A program made the translations under genes and the position numbers. From NCBI RefSeq assembly GCF_963921235.1, contig NC_086097.1:92010001-92074000 (forward strand): 64,000 nt of DNA. Direction: 5' to 3'. The DNA comes from Mobula hypostoma (Eukaryota). The notes beneath the pieces were generated by a model, which was not told the origin of the DNA, searched no databases, and was given only the letters and a program-made list of their open reading frames with translations. This document shows positions 40,534 to 52,561 of this stretch, piece after piece (positions within the stretch are counted from its first letter, which is position 1; every line of letters begins with the position of its first letter).

Positions 40534-42899
40534 GTATGTGAGATCTTCATGTTTAAGGTGACCCAGAGTTAACCCCTTTGCTTTAAGAAAAGTGGAGAGA
40601 AAGGGAAAGAAGAGCCAGAAATAACAGGAAGCCTTTCCGAGCTGTTTCACGTCAAGTTTATTGTCAAAAGTCGAGCTTATTGTCATATGCACAAGTACAT
40701 GTCAGAGGTTCAATGAAAAACTTACTTGCAGCTGCGTCACAAATAAAAAATAAATTAAACATAAATTATGCACATTTTTTACAAGAAAGAACACAATTAG
40801 AACAAAAAAAATCCTTGTTTTGTGAATGAAGTGGACATAATAATGTACTGGGGAAGTGATTAGGGTTGTAACGGTTGGTTCAGGAACCAAATGGTTGAAG
40901 GGAAACACAATAGATGTCCTTGAACCTGGTGGTGCGGGTCTGCTGGCCTCCCTTCCTCCTGCCCAGTGGTAGCTACGAGAAGGTGGCCTGGCCCCACTGG
41001 TGGAACTCTGGTGACAGATGTTGTAGGCAGCACTTCATGTAGATATTGCTGATGGTTATGTGATGTATCAGGGTTGAGTCCAGTACACTTTGCAGCTTCT
41101 ATGCATTCCACTTGCCGCACCAGACCATGCTGCAACTCGTTAGGATTCTTTCAACAGTACACCTGTAGAAGCTTATTATTATGTTTGGTGACATGCCAAA
41201 TCTCTTTAACCTCCTAAGAAAATAAATACACGAGTAACACTTGAGGTGCCACTGTTGAGGCAATATAGGAAACGTAACAATGAATTTGATGATTTAAAAG
41301 TGAGATTTGTATTAAACCAATTGCCAAAAAATGTTATTTGTTGCAGTCAAGGTTAATGGGACCTCTGGCCATTACCTCTTGACAAGGGACTCGTGATGCC
41401 TTTCACTCACAAACATACCTTCTGCTGGTTGATAGATGTGTGTTTGTTATTGCTTATTGAAAGATTGTCTCCTGCAGTGTGTCCTTGCACCCGTCAAATA
41501 TGAACTCATCCAAAACTCTCGTCTGCTCCTGCTCATATTCTAACTTGCCCAGTTTCCCAATGCCCCCTCACCTATATTGGCTCCTGGTCCAGTCATGTCT
41601 CAATGGTAATATTCTCAGTCAGCATGCATCTGCCCCTCTCTATCTCTGTAAACACCTGTCTCTCTAATCTGTGACCTTCCCACACATATCAGCAGATTAC
41701 CAGCATTCTCAGTTTATTCTACTACAGGTTCAAGATTCTTTCCCTGATTGGCCCATTTACAGAATGCCTGCTCACAAGTTGAGATAAGAAAGGTCTCCCT
41801 GACAATTCTGTAGATGTCTATCACACCGGATCTGTGTTTCCCCCCTAGGACTCCACTGCTTAAAAACCACAAGAATCTAGTTGAAGCTGCTTGTGTGAAT
41901 CCGGTTGAGTTTCCCTTTTGTGTAGGAGAGTTATTTTTGATTTCACTTATTTTAGGATGCAATTACCATACTGCAAAGTATGATGCTAGAGTGGCATTCG
42001 AGATCTTATGCCAATCGGCATCTGAAATCCTTGCATTAAAATGGTGATCGCAGTAGAAGACGGAAGTCAAAGTGTCCAGAGTTAATTCATCATGAAAGAC
42101 TCAACGTTGAAAAACAAAAATAAAACTGCAGTTGCTGCATATTGAAATAAAGATTTCTCACAGTACTTTTCCCGTGTATCTGCAGGAAATACAGCACAGG
42201 CCCATTTACCTCTTCCCTTCCCACACTCCAGGGATGTAAGTCGTCGCTCCAGGAGATGCGGTAATTCACTTGCCCGTAGATTTATAGAGTCCTACACCAC
42301 AGAAACAGACCCTTTGGCCTAAGTGGCCCACACCAACCTAATTCTCGACCAAGCTGGTCCTGTTTGCCCAATGTTTGGCCTGTAACCTTCCAAACCTTTC
42401 CTATCTACGTCCAAGTGTCTTTTAATTGTTGATACTGAATCTACCTCAACCACTTCCTTTGGCAGCTCATTCCACATACTTGCCATCCTGCCTCTTGTAA
42501 TTTAGTCTACCCTGATCCATGACCTCATCTGTTGCTTAGTAGTTGCCTAGCCCCTCGCCATCCCCGACTAGATGGGGAGAAGCACCCATAATTCCCTTCT
42601 GAGTCTGAGGTTACCATCTGACTTTGACCGGAACAATGCCTGTTTCTTTCTTTGCACAGTTTGAGCTTGAGAGTCTCGGTGTCAATCATAGACCCTGCAA
42701 CACATTCAGTGCCAAACCACAGGTTCCTATTACAGAACAGTTAAGGAAACACTAAATTAAGTTGACATTTTAAACCAAACAATTGTTGAACTGAGTGAAA
42801 AAATAAACATGTAAGAAAGAACTTCAGTACATAGCACTCTTTTACAAATACAGGATAGTGCAGCACGAACAGGCCTTTCACCCCATTGTGTCAAACGCG

Positions 42900-43556
42900 T
42901 TAAACTAAATATCGGTGAGACCCAACATAGATTGGGAGACTGCTTCGTCAAGTACCTTCACTCCGTCCGTCACAAAAGGTGGGATTTCTCGGTGGCCGCC
43001 TATTTTAATTCCACTTCCCATTCCCATTCTGACATGTCAGTCCCTGGCCTCCTCTACTGCCACAATGATGCCACACTCAGGTTGGAGGAGCAACACCTCA
43101 TATTCCATCTGGGTAGCCTCCCACCTGATGTCATGAACATCGATTTCTTGAACTTCTGATAATTGCCCCCTTCTCCTTCACCATTCCCCATTCTTGTTTC
43201 CCTCTCACACCTTCTCCTCTTCCTGCCCATCACCTCCCTCTGGTGCTCCACCCCCTTCCCTTTTTCCCATGGCCTTCCATCCTCTCCTATCAGTTTACCC
43301 CCTTCTCCAGCTCTTTATCTCTTTCACTAACTTCCCAGCTGTTTACTTCACCCTCTCCCCCATCCCAGTTTCGCCCATCACCTGCCACCTTGTACTTCCT
43401 CCTCCCCTCCCCCACCTTCTTACTCTGACTTCTCCCCTTCCTTTCCAGTCCTGATGAAGGGTCTCGACCCGAAATGTCAACTGTTACCCTTTCCCATACA
43501 TTCTGCCTGACCTATGACTGTTGCTTGGATTTCCTGCATTTGCAGATTTTCTCTTG
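42900..43556 (+). mobile_element. Penelope-like element 3' end (GIY-YIG domain, pLTR, hammerhead)
   Basis: YIGETQHRLGDCF..L, AAYFNSTSHSHSD, RLEEQHLIFHLGSL. Confidence 0.85.
43447..43482 (+). ncRNA. Minimal type-I hammerhead ribozyme motif, complete catalytic core, sense to the ITPK intron
   Basis: AGTC-CTGATGA-A-GGGTC-TC-GACCC-GAAA-T-GTC-AACT; perfect 5-bp stem II, GUC triplet; one mismatch in stem I. Confidence 0.7.
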
Positions 43557-43904
43557 CCTATGATAAACTAAATCTCTTCTGCCTGCACATGATCCGTATC
43601 TCTCCAGTCCCTGAATATTCACGTGTCTGTCTAATAGTCTCTCAAACACTAGAGTCATGTCTGCCTTCACCGCTACCCCTGACAGCCCCTGATTTAGGCA
43701 TTTCCCATTCTGTATGTTAAAAACATTGCCCACAAAACTTTAAATATGTCCCCTATCAACTTCAGTGCATGTCTTCTATTAATTGACATTTCTGCCCTGG
43801 GGAAATGATTCTGACTCACTCCCCTCTCTGTGCCTCTCATCATTTTATAAACATCAATTTGCTAAGTCTGTAAGAACTTTAAAGCAAAAGGAGTTCTGGA
43901 TACA

Positions 43905-44305
43905 TACTTACTTACACCTCTGGTGTTTAGGGCAGCAGTGAAGGTCCTCCGTCTCTGGCGGTGTTCAGAGCTTCCTTCAACACGCCAGTAATTTCCTCTC
44001 GGTTTTCACTACTCAGGCAAATCCTGGGTGGAAACTCAGGAAAACCATCGCACTAGGATGTAGAAGGAATCTTCATTGCTGTTTCCGCAACAGTTTTGTT
44101 TGACCAGTTAGTGTTGTTAGCCCTGAGCTGAACCCCTGAACCGGGAGGACCGGTGGACCACTCTTAGTCTGGTCTCTACCCTTTGACCTGTTTGGCATTG
44201 GAGACCCTACCAAGAGCCAAAGCATAAAGCTCCGACTTCAGCCAGCATAGCTCTCATTGAGGCACAGAATGGGAAACCACTACGAGGTTGTGGTTCTCTT
44301 GGAAG
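43905..44305 (-). mobile_element. Non-autonomous RTE-derived element (5' UTR fused to 3' end, TAAG tail)
   Basis: Homologous to 55335-55750; minus strand ends TTCACTGCTGCCCTAAACACCAG.GGTG-TAAGTAAG. Confidence 0.6.
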
Positions 44306-44324
44306 ATAGGTTCATACAGCACAG

Positions 44325-45110
44325 AAATCAAGGAAGGACAAACCAAGGTAGAACATACAAGGTAAATAGTAGGGCACTGAGGAGTGCAGTAGAACAGAGG
44401 GATCTGGGAATACAGATACAAAATTCCCTAAAAGTGGCATCACAGGTAGATAGGGTCGTAAAGAGAGCTTTTGGTACATTGGCCTTTATAAATCAAAGTA
44501 TTGAGTATAAGAGTTGGAATGTTATGGTGAGGTTGTACAAGGCATTGGTGAGGCTGAATTTGGAGTATTGTGTGCAGTTTTGGTCGCCAAATTACAGGAA
44601 AGATATTAATAAGGTTGAAAGAGTGCAGAGAAGGATTTACAAGGATATTGCCGGGACTTGAGAAACTGAGTTACAGAGAAAGGTTGAATAGGTTAGGACT
44701 TTATTCCCTGGAGCATAGAAGAATGATGGGGGATTTGATAGAGGTATATAAAATTATGATGGGTATAGATAGAGTGAATGCAAGCAGGCTTTTTCCACTG
44801 AGGCTAGGGGAGAAAAAAACCAGAGGACGTGGGTTAAGGGTGAGGGGGGAAAAGTTTAAAGGGAACATTGGGGGGGGGCTTCTTCACACAGGGAGTGGTG
44901 GGAGTATGGAATGAGCTGCCAGATGAAGTGGTAAATGCCGGCTCACTTTTAATATTTAAGATAAACTTGGACAGGTACATGGATGAGAGGTGTATGGAGA
45001 GATATGGTCCAGGTGCAGGTCAGTGGGATTAGGCAGAAAAATGGTTCGGCACAGCCAAGAAGGGCCAAAAGGCCTGTTTCTGTGCTGTAATGGCCTATGG
45101 TTCTATGGTA
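44325..45110 (+). mobile_element. CR1 LINE 3' fragment
   Basis: EQRDLGIQ, LYKALVRLNLEYCVQFWSP, YRERLNRLGLYSLE; frameshifted; TATGG-type tail. Confidence 0.88.
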
Positions 45111-46138
45111 AATAGATTCTTTGGACCGTTGAGTCCACTCCAACCAGAATATCAGTCCTTTACACTGATTCTCACATTGTCATTGACACCCAGCACTCAG
45201 ATTCCTCCACTTACTTACACACTGGGGTCAATCTACAGTGGCCGGCTAACCTACCAGCCTGCAGTTCTTTGAGGGTGAGGGCAGAAACCCACATAATCAC
45301 CATGAGAATGTGCAAACAGACAGTACCAGAAGTCAAGACTGAACTCGGGTCATTGTGGCCATGAGGTAGCAGCTCTATGGGCTGGCCAACTGTGCTGAAG
45401 CTATGCAGCCTGTGCTATAGTGATGTTAGTAGCACCCAAATTGGCCATAAGACCATAAGACATAGGAGCAGATTTAGGCCACTGAGCCTGCCCCACCTGA
45501 TTTATTATCCTTTTCAACCCCATTCTCCTGCCTTTTCCTCGAATTTTTGTCATCCAGACTAATCAAGAACCTATCAAAATCCACTTTAAATATAGTCGGT
45601 GACTTGGTCTCCACAGCCATCTGTGGCAATGAATTCCACAGATTCACCACCCTCTGGCTAAAGAAATCCTACCTTATCTCTGTTCTAAATGGACACCCCT
45701 CAAGTCTGAGGCTGTGCTGACTAGTCCTAAAATCACTTGTAATGCCATAGACCGTAAAGACATGGGAGCAGAATTAGGCCATTCAGCCCATTGAACCTGT
45801 TATGCTGTTCAATAATGGCTAATTTCTTATTTCCTCTCTACCCACTATAGGAAACATTCTCTGTAAGTCCACTCTATCTAGGCCTTTCAAATTAGATAGG
45901 TTTCAATGAGATCCCCTCTCATTCTTCTAAACTCCAGCAAGTATAGGCCCAGAGCCATCAAATGCTCTTCATACATTAACCCATTCACTTCTGGAATCTT
46001 TCTCGTGCACCTCTTCTGGCCCCTGAGCACCTCAGGCTATATCAGTGACACAGTGAACCTGTTGTAAAATGGATTTGGTGTCCTCCACAGTGAAAGTTCA
46101 TCCCAGTCTCCAACACCTGCATCCTTTCTCCTCTGTAG

Positions 46139-46343
46139 GACGTACTTCGAGGAAGAGCCAATGAAAGCCCGAGAAAAACCAAAGCTGCGGAAGGACATGT
46201 ACAAGAAGATGGTAGAGGTTGACCCTCACGCACCGACACCACAGGAGCATGCTCAGCAGGCCATAACCAAGCCACGTTACATGCAGTGGAGAGAATCACT
46301 CAGTTCTACAGCAACACTAGGCTTTCGCATTGAAGGTGTTAAG
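46139..46343 (+). CDS. ITPK coding exon (205 bp; IP3-binding lobe)
   Basis: Acceptor tttctcctctgtag|, donor AAG|gtacag. Translates (R)[29 protein letters not shown]...[25 protein letters not shown]. Confidence 0.96.
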
Positions 46344-46850
46344 GTACAGGAGGATTAGGGGTTAATTTTAATCCTCTGGAGGCGTCTTAAGGAAATGCTT
46401 TGTGATCCTTCTCCTGGAGAAATACAGTTGTGTACAAAAGTCTTAGGCACATTTATAAAGGGTGCTTAAGACTCTTGCATAGTACTGTATTTGTCAACGT
46501 GGAGCAGAGAGCGAATTTGTAAATCGGGCGGGAGCAAAGGATGTTGGGAATGGCAAGTGTGGATTGCTGCAGGAGGGGTGTGGGAAAGGTGGCAGAGGAA
46601 TGCCAGACCCTTCTTTTCTCAACCGTGAATCCCCTCTCCCTATCCCCTTCCCACTTTCAGTCCACAATACAGACCCATATCAGAGCCAGGTTTATCATCA
46701 CTCGCGTATGTCATGAAATCTGTGTGTGTGTTTTTTTTGCAGCAGTACAGTGTAATACATAAAATTACAAAGTGTGGTGCAAAAGTCATAAGTGCCTAAG
46801 ACCTTTGCACAGTACCGTGCAAGCAAATTTTTCTGCCGTTTCTCTGACAA

Positions 46851-46921
46851 GTTGTTGTCGTGCAGAGGTAGAAATCTCACCTGCCACCCTGGAGCCCTGG
46901 GTTCGATTCCCAGCCAGTACA
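46851..46921 (+). pseudogene. tRNA-Gly(GCC) pseudogene
   Basis: Ungapped 71-nt match (55/71 by hand) to the recalled vertebrate tRNA-Gly-GCC; anticodon GCC at 46883-46885, intact B box GGTTCGATTCC; acceptor stem broken. Confidence 0.8.
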
Positions 46922-47614
46922 AAATGCTAGTCTTTAGAGTGACACAAGGCTGGTGGTGCCACGGTCTCACAGCTCCAGTGTCCTGGGCTCACCTCTTCCC
47001 CCCGTGCAGTCTTTGGGGAACGTCAGTGCCTCTCAAATTACTGTGGGTGTCGACTGCGTGTTTTGGTTTCCTCCCACATCCTAAAGACATTGCTGGTAGG
47101 CTAATTAGCAGCTGTGAGTTGCCACAGGTGAGTGCTTTTGGTGCTGAGGGGAGTTCATCAGAATGGGATTTATGTAAGGTTGGTGTGAGTGGGTGGATGA
47201 TGGTCAGACCACACTCACTAACCTGGAGGACCACTGTAACCTTATGGGGGACTATAGTGACATATTTCAAGGGTTAGGAACAATCTTGCCTGACCTTCAT
47301 AGGTGGACAATCACCAGTAACAGCTCTCCTTCTGGTCACACGCTCTGGAGGTAACTTGGCCCATTCCCAACTGCTTAGGCCCCATCACTTCTGTGTGATG
47401 TGTTCTTTGATGACAGCCACCTCATCCGGGACTTCCAAATTATCAGTTTCCAATCGTAAACCAAAACTTTCAGCGGCAAAATATGAAAGCGTTCTAAACA
47501 TTCCTTTCTTGTGCTCCATTTCTTGATCATTGATTTATTCTCCTTTTCTTTCACTCCTGATCTTTTCATAATTTCACGCAGACTTCTCTCTCTCTCAGTC
47601 TCCTTGTCTCGATT

Positions 47615-48352
47615 TGCAGGTGTTGTGGATTGTCTGGAGGGCTGTCAGAGGTTACAGAGGGACATTAATGCAGATGCAGAACTGGGCTGAGAACTGGTAG
47701 ATAGAGTTCAACCCAGATAAGTGTGAGGTGGTTCATTTTGGTAGGTCAAATTTGAAGACAGAATATAATACTAAAGGTAAGACTCTTGGCAGTATGGAGG
47801 ATCAGTGAAATCTTGGGGTCCCTGTCCATAAGACACTCAAAGCTGCTGCACAAGTTGACAGTGTTGTTAAGAAGGCATATGGTGTGTTGGCCTTCATCAA
47901 CTGTGGAACTGAGTTCAAGAGCCGTGAGGTAATGCTACAGCTATACAAGACCTTAGTGAGACCCCACTTGCAGTAATGTGTTCAGTTCTGGTCACCTCAC
48001 TAGAGTGAGGATGTGGATATTATTGAGAAAGTGCAGAGGAGATTTACAAGGATGTTGCCTGGATTGGGGAGCATGCCTGATGAGAATAGGTTGAGTGAAC
48101 TTGGCCTTTTCTCCTTGGAGCGACGGAGGATGAGAGGTGACCTGACAGGGGTGTATAAGATGATGAGAGGCATTGATCACGTGGATAGCCAGAGGCTTGT
48201 TCCCAGGGCTGAAATGGCTAACACGAGGGGACATAGTTTTAAAGTGCTTGGAAGTAGGTACAAGGGGGATGTTAGAGGTAAGTTTTTCACACAGAGAGTG
48301 GTAGGTGTGTGGAATACACTGCCAGCAACTGTGGTGGAGGCAGATACAATAG
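47615..48352 (+). mobile_element. CR1 LINE fragment
   Basis: FNPDKCEVVHFG, EKVQRRFTRMLPG, LFSLERRRMRGDL, FFTQRVVGVWN. Confidence 0.88.
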
Positions 48353-48491
48353 TGTCTACCTCAGAGACTGCAGTGGTTCAAGAAGGCAGCTCATCACCAC
48401 CTTCTCAAGGGCAACTAGGGATGGGCAATAAATGTTGGCTTAGCTGGTGACGCCCACATCCCGTAAATGAATAAATAAAAAAAAATCCAAT

Positions 48492-49980
48492 TGACACACA
48501 CAAAATGCTGGAGGAACTCAGCAGGCCAGGCAGCATCCACTGGAAAAAGTACAGTTGACATTTCAGGCCGAGGCCCTTCAACAGGACTGGAAAAAAGGAT
48601 GAGGAGTAGATTTAAAGGGTGTGGAGAGGGGACAGTGAAACACAAGGTGATAGGTGAACCTGGGAGGGGGAAGGGGTGAAGTAAAGAGCTGGGAAGTTGA
48701 TTGGTGAAAGAGATACAGGGCTGGAAAAGGCGGAATCTAATAGAAGAATGAAGAGGCCATGGAAGAAAGAAAAGGTGGAGTGGGGAGAGACCAGAGGGAT
48801 GGCAGGGAGACAAGGTGAGAGAGGGAAAAGGGGAGAGGGAAAAGGGGACAGGGAAAAGTGAAGGGGAGGCATCACCAGAAGTTTGAGAAATCGATGTTCA
48901 TGCCATCAGGTTGGAGGCTACCCAGATGGAATTTAAGGTGTTGTTCCTCCAACCTGAGTGGGCCCCATTGCGACAGTGGAGGAGGCCATGGACTGACATA
49001 CAGGAACAGGAAGTGGAATTAAAATGGGTGGCCACTGGTAGATCGTGCTCCTTCTGGCAGACAGAGTGTAGGTGCATGGCAATGTGGTATCCCAATCCAT
49101 GTCAAGTCTCACCGATATTCCACACCGGGAGCACCAAACACAGTATATGACCCCAAAGGACTAACAATTGAAGTGTCACCTCACTTAGAAGGACAGCTTA
49201 GGGCCCTGAATGGTAATGAGGGAGGAGCTGTAGGGGCAGGTGTAATACTTGTCCTCTCCTGCCCTGAAACTCATGCTCAGAAACTCCTGCCCTGAAACTC
49301 CTGCCTTGAATCTCATGCCCTGAAACTGCTGCTTTGAATTTCCTGCCCTGAAACTGCCTCCCTGAAACTCCTGCCGTGAAACACCTGCCCTGAATCTCCT
49401 GTCCTGATTCTCCTGCCCTGGATCTCCTGCCCTGAATACTTGTTCCGCTTGCAAGGATAAGTGCTAGGCGGGAGATCAATGGGGTGGGACGAATGGACAA
49501 GAGTCACTTAGGGAGCGATCCCTGTTTGGAAACAGAAAATGCGGGTGAGGGAAAGATGTGCTTGGTGGTGGGATCCCTTTGAGGTGACAGAAGTTCCAGA
49601 GAATTACATGCTGGACTTTTCTTTCATCATGGCCTTCTGTCTTCTATTGAGATTCGCTCTTCTCCAGCCCTGTATCTCTTTCACCAAGCAACTTCCCAGC
49701 TCTTTACTTCATCCCTCCCCCTCCCAGTTTCACCCATCACCTTGTGTTTTTCTCTCCTCCCCACCCCCTCCTTTTAAATCTACCTTTCATCTTTTTTCCC
49801 CAGTCCTGACAAATGGTCTCGGCTCAAAACATCGATGGGTCTCACCTCTCACCTGCCAGCTTGAACTCCTTCCCCTCCCCCCACCTTCTTATTCTGGCTT
49901 CTGTCCTTTTCCAGTCCAGGTGAAAGGCTTCGACCCGAAATGTTAACTGTTTTTTCCCTTCCAAAAAGAGCTGCCTGAGT
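48492..49980 (-). mobile_element. Penelope-like element (minus-strand EN region and pLTR, plus inverted pLTR pieces), interrupted by a minisatellite
   Basis: LPVATHFNSTS and TYPCKRNK motifs on minus; hammerhead-like motifs at 48553-48588(-), 49802-49835(+) and 49913-49948(+). Confidence 0.8.
49256..49437. repeat. 14-bp tandem repeat (CTCCTGCCCTGAAA), 13 degenerate copies
   Basis: Counted directly; flanked by AATACTTGT at 49244-49252 and 49435-49443. Confidence 0.92.
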
Positions 49981-52561
49981 TAGAGTCGTAGAAAAGTACA
50001 GCACAGGAACAGACCATTTGATCCATCTAGTCTGTGCTGAGCCATTTAAACTGCCTAGTCGCATCAGCCTAGACTAGGACCCTAGCCCTCCATACCCCTC
50101 CTAACCATGTACCTATCCAAACTTCTCTTGAACGTTGAGATCAAGCTCGCATGAACCACTTGCACTGGCAGCTCATTCCACACTCTCATGATCTTCTGAG
50201 TGAAAATGTTTCCCCTCATGTTCCCCTTAAACATTTCACCTTTCACCCTTAACCCATGACCTCAAGTTGTAGTCCCACCCAACCTCAGTGAAAATACTCT
50301 ATTTGTACCCCTCATAATTTTGTATACCTCTATCATTTTTATATTCTTCCAGCACGTTTTGTGTGTTGCTCAAGATTTCCAGCATCTGCAAAATCTCTTG
50401 TGTGTCTGGTGATGCTTTTCCAACATCAGTAGTTAGTGTACGTGAGAGGGCTGGAATCTAGTCTGCACTTGGCACTTAGTGCTGGTGGAGGTGGTGGAAG
50501 GAGATGGCCAAGGCATTTGGCTGAATTGAAGATTGCCTGATGAACTAGAAGAGAATGTTAAGACCAGGAAGCTGTGAAGATGTGAAATAGTGGGAAAGCA
50601 ACATTACAGGACATGTGGTGCAGATACGGAATGCTAGCTACAGATTTTTTCTCTCCCTGTAATCTTTGTACATGGCTAACATAGCTGAAGTTTATTTAGA
50701 AATGTTATACTTTTAACTAACAAAATGTTTCTCTCTAGTATGCAAGTTAAATTAAGTGTGGAGTGTTTTGAGAATGGGCTGGGGTCTGGGGGCTTTCAAG
50801 AGATGAGGTGGGAGGGGATTGTAATTGGAGACATGTTAAACAGAAGAATTGTTAGTCGTGTTACAGGGTCAGAGAGTAAGTAGCTCAGCAAGGAAATGAA
50901 CCCTTCGCCCTAACTCACCTGTGCCAACCAAGCTGCCCACTTATGCCTGTCTCATTTGCCTGTATTTGGCCTCTCTCTCTTTGAACCCTTCCTAACCATG
51001 TACCTACACAGATGTGTCTTAAGTGTTGCTATTGTACAACCCATATGTCAACTACTTCCTCCTCAGGTCCCTTTTAAATCTTCCTCTTGTATCTTAATCC
51101 TCCATCCTCCAGTTTTGAAAATCAAGCAAGGGAAAATCTGCAGATGCTGGAAACCCAAGCATCACACCCAGAATGCTGGAAGAACTAAACAGGCCAGGCA
51201 GCATCTATGAAAAAGAGTACATTCAATGTTTTGGGCCGAATGAGTTCCTCCAGCATTTTATGTGTGTTCCTCCAGTTTTGGTTCCTTTCCTTTAAGATCG
51301 TCTGATTTCACTCTGTCTATGTCCCTCATGATTTTATATTTATTTATAAAGTGACTTCCAAAGAATGAGTTGTAGCGTGGTAATATCTCCCTATAACCCT
51401 TGGGTCCTTGCATCATACGTGGAAGTTCTCTCTGCACTCTTTCCAGCTTAATGAGATCTCTTCTATAACCAGGAGACCAAAACTGAACATAATACTCATC
51501 ATCCTGTACAAATGCAACATAATGTCACAACTCCTATACTCGATGCCCTGTCTGATTAAGGCCAGCATGTTAAATGCCTTCTCCACCACCCTAGCTACCT
51601 GTGACGCTGCTTTCAGGGAACTAAGTACCGAGGTCTCTCTGTTCCGTAACCCTCCCGGGATGCCACCATTCACTGTATAAATCCTACCGGAGGTTCAGCT
51701 TACCAAAATGGAACACCTTACGCTTACATGGATTGAAAGCCATTTGCCAGTCCTCAGCCCTTTCACTCAGGTGATCAAGATGCTCCCGCAGTTTTTGACA
51801 ACTTTCATGACTGTGTACGAAATTGGTCTTTTGGCTAACAATCAAGTCAGTTTCAACGTAGCTTTTCATACCACTTGTTTACATTAAAAAAGGATGAGCT
51901 GTAAGAGAAACAAAACTGCTTAAAAGCTGTCCAGGGAATCTTGCCACCCGACCTTGGCAAGAAATCCCTGTTACACGTGGCAGGGGGCATGGTTTGGCTA
52001 CAAGGTTGAAGAAACAGGCCTTGTGATCATCCGAGAAGGGTTCGAGGGGAGCAAGCACAAAGTAGAAGCTTGAAGAATTTGCAAGATGCAGTGCAAAAGG
52101 GATACTTCTTTCTCTATGGCCATTCCCCAGCATCATGAGTGACCTGCTTCCACTCCAGTTGTGAAGTGGCTGATGAGGCCGATGTGTGGTGTGCAGGCTC
52201 TGCTGGGGTAAGGCAGGAATTACTCGATAGCCCAGGCAGATGGATGATTAAGGAAGGGACTACTGTTTACCGAGCTTTTGTGTATCCCCAGCAAATAAAG
52301 CAGACAGATGATTCTCAGAGGGAATACAGGGAAAGTGCATCAGAGGGTCGCTAGAGGCTACACCTGGAATCTGGAGCAAAAGAAACAAGCTGTTGAGGGA
52401 ACGCAGTAGGTCAGGCAGCATCTGCGGAAGCAGTGGGATCCAATATGTGGCTTCATCCAACCAGCTGCTTCCACAGATGGTGCCTGACCCATTGAGTTCT
52501 TCCAGCACTTGGTTATATGCAACAGAGGCACCTGTGGTAACAATGTTACAGGGGGTTGGGG

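Noticed and set aside
49185..49507. Repetitive ORFs (FRAG/FQGR repeats)
   Set aside because: Translation artefacts of the 14-bp tandem repeat.
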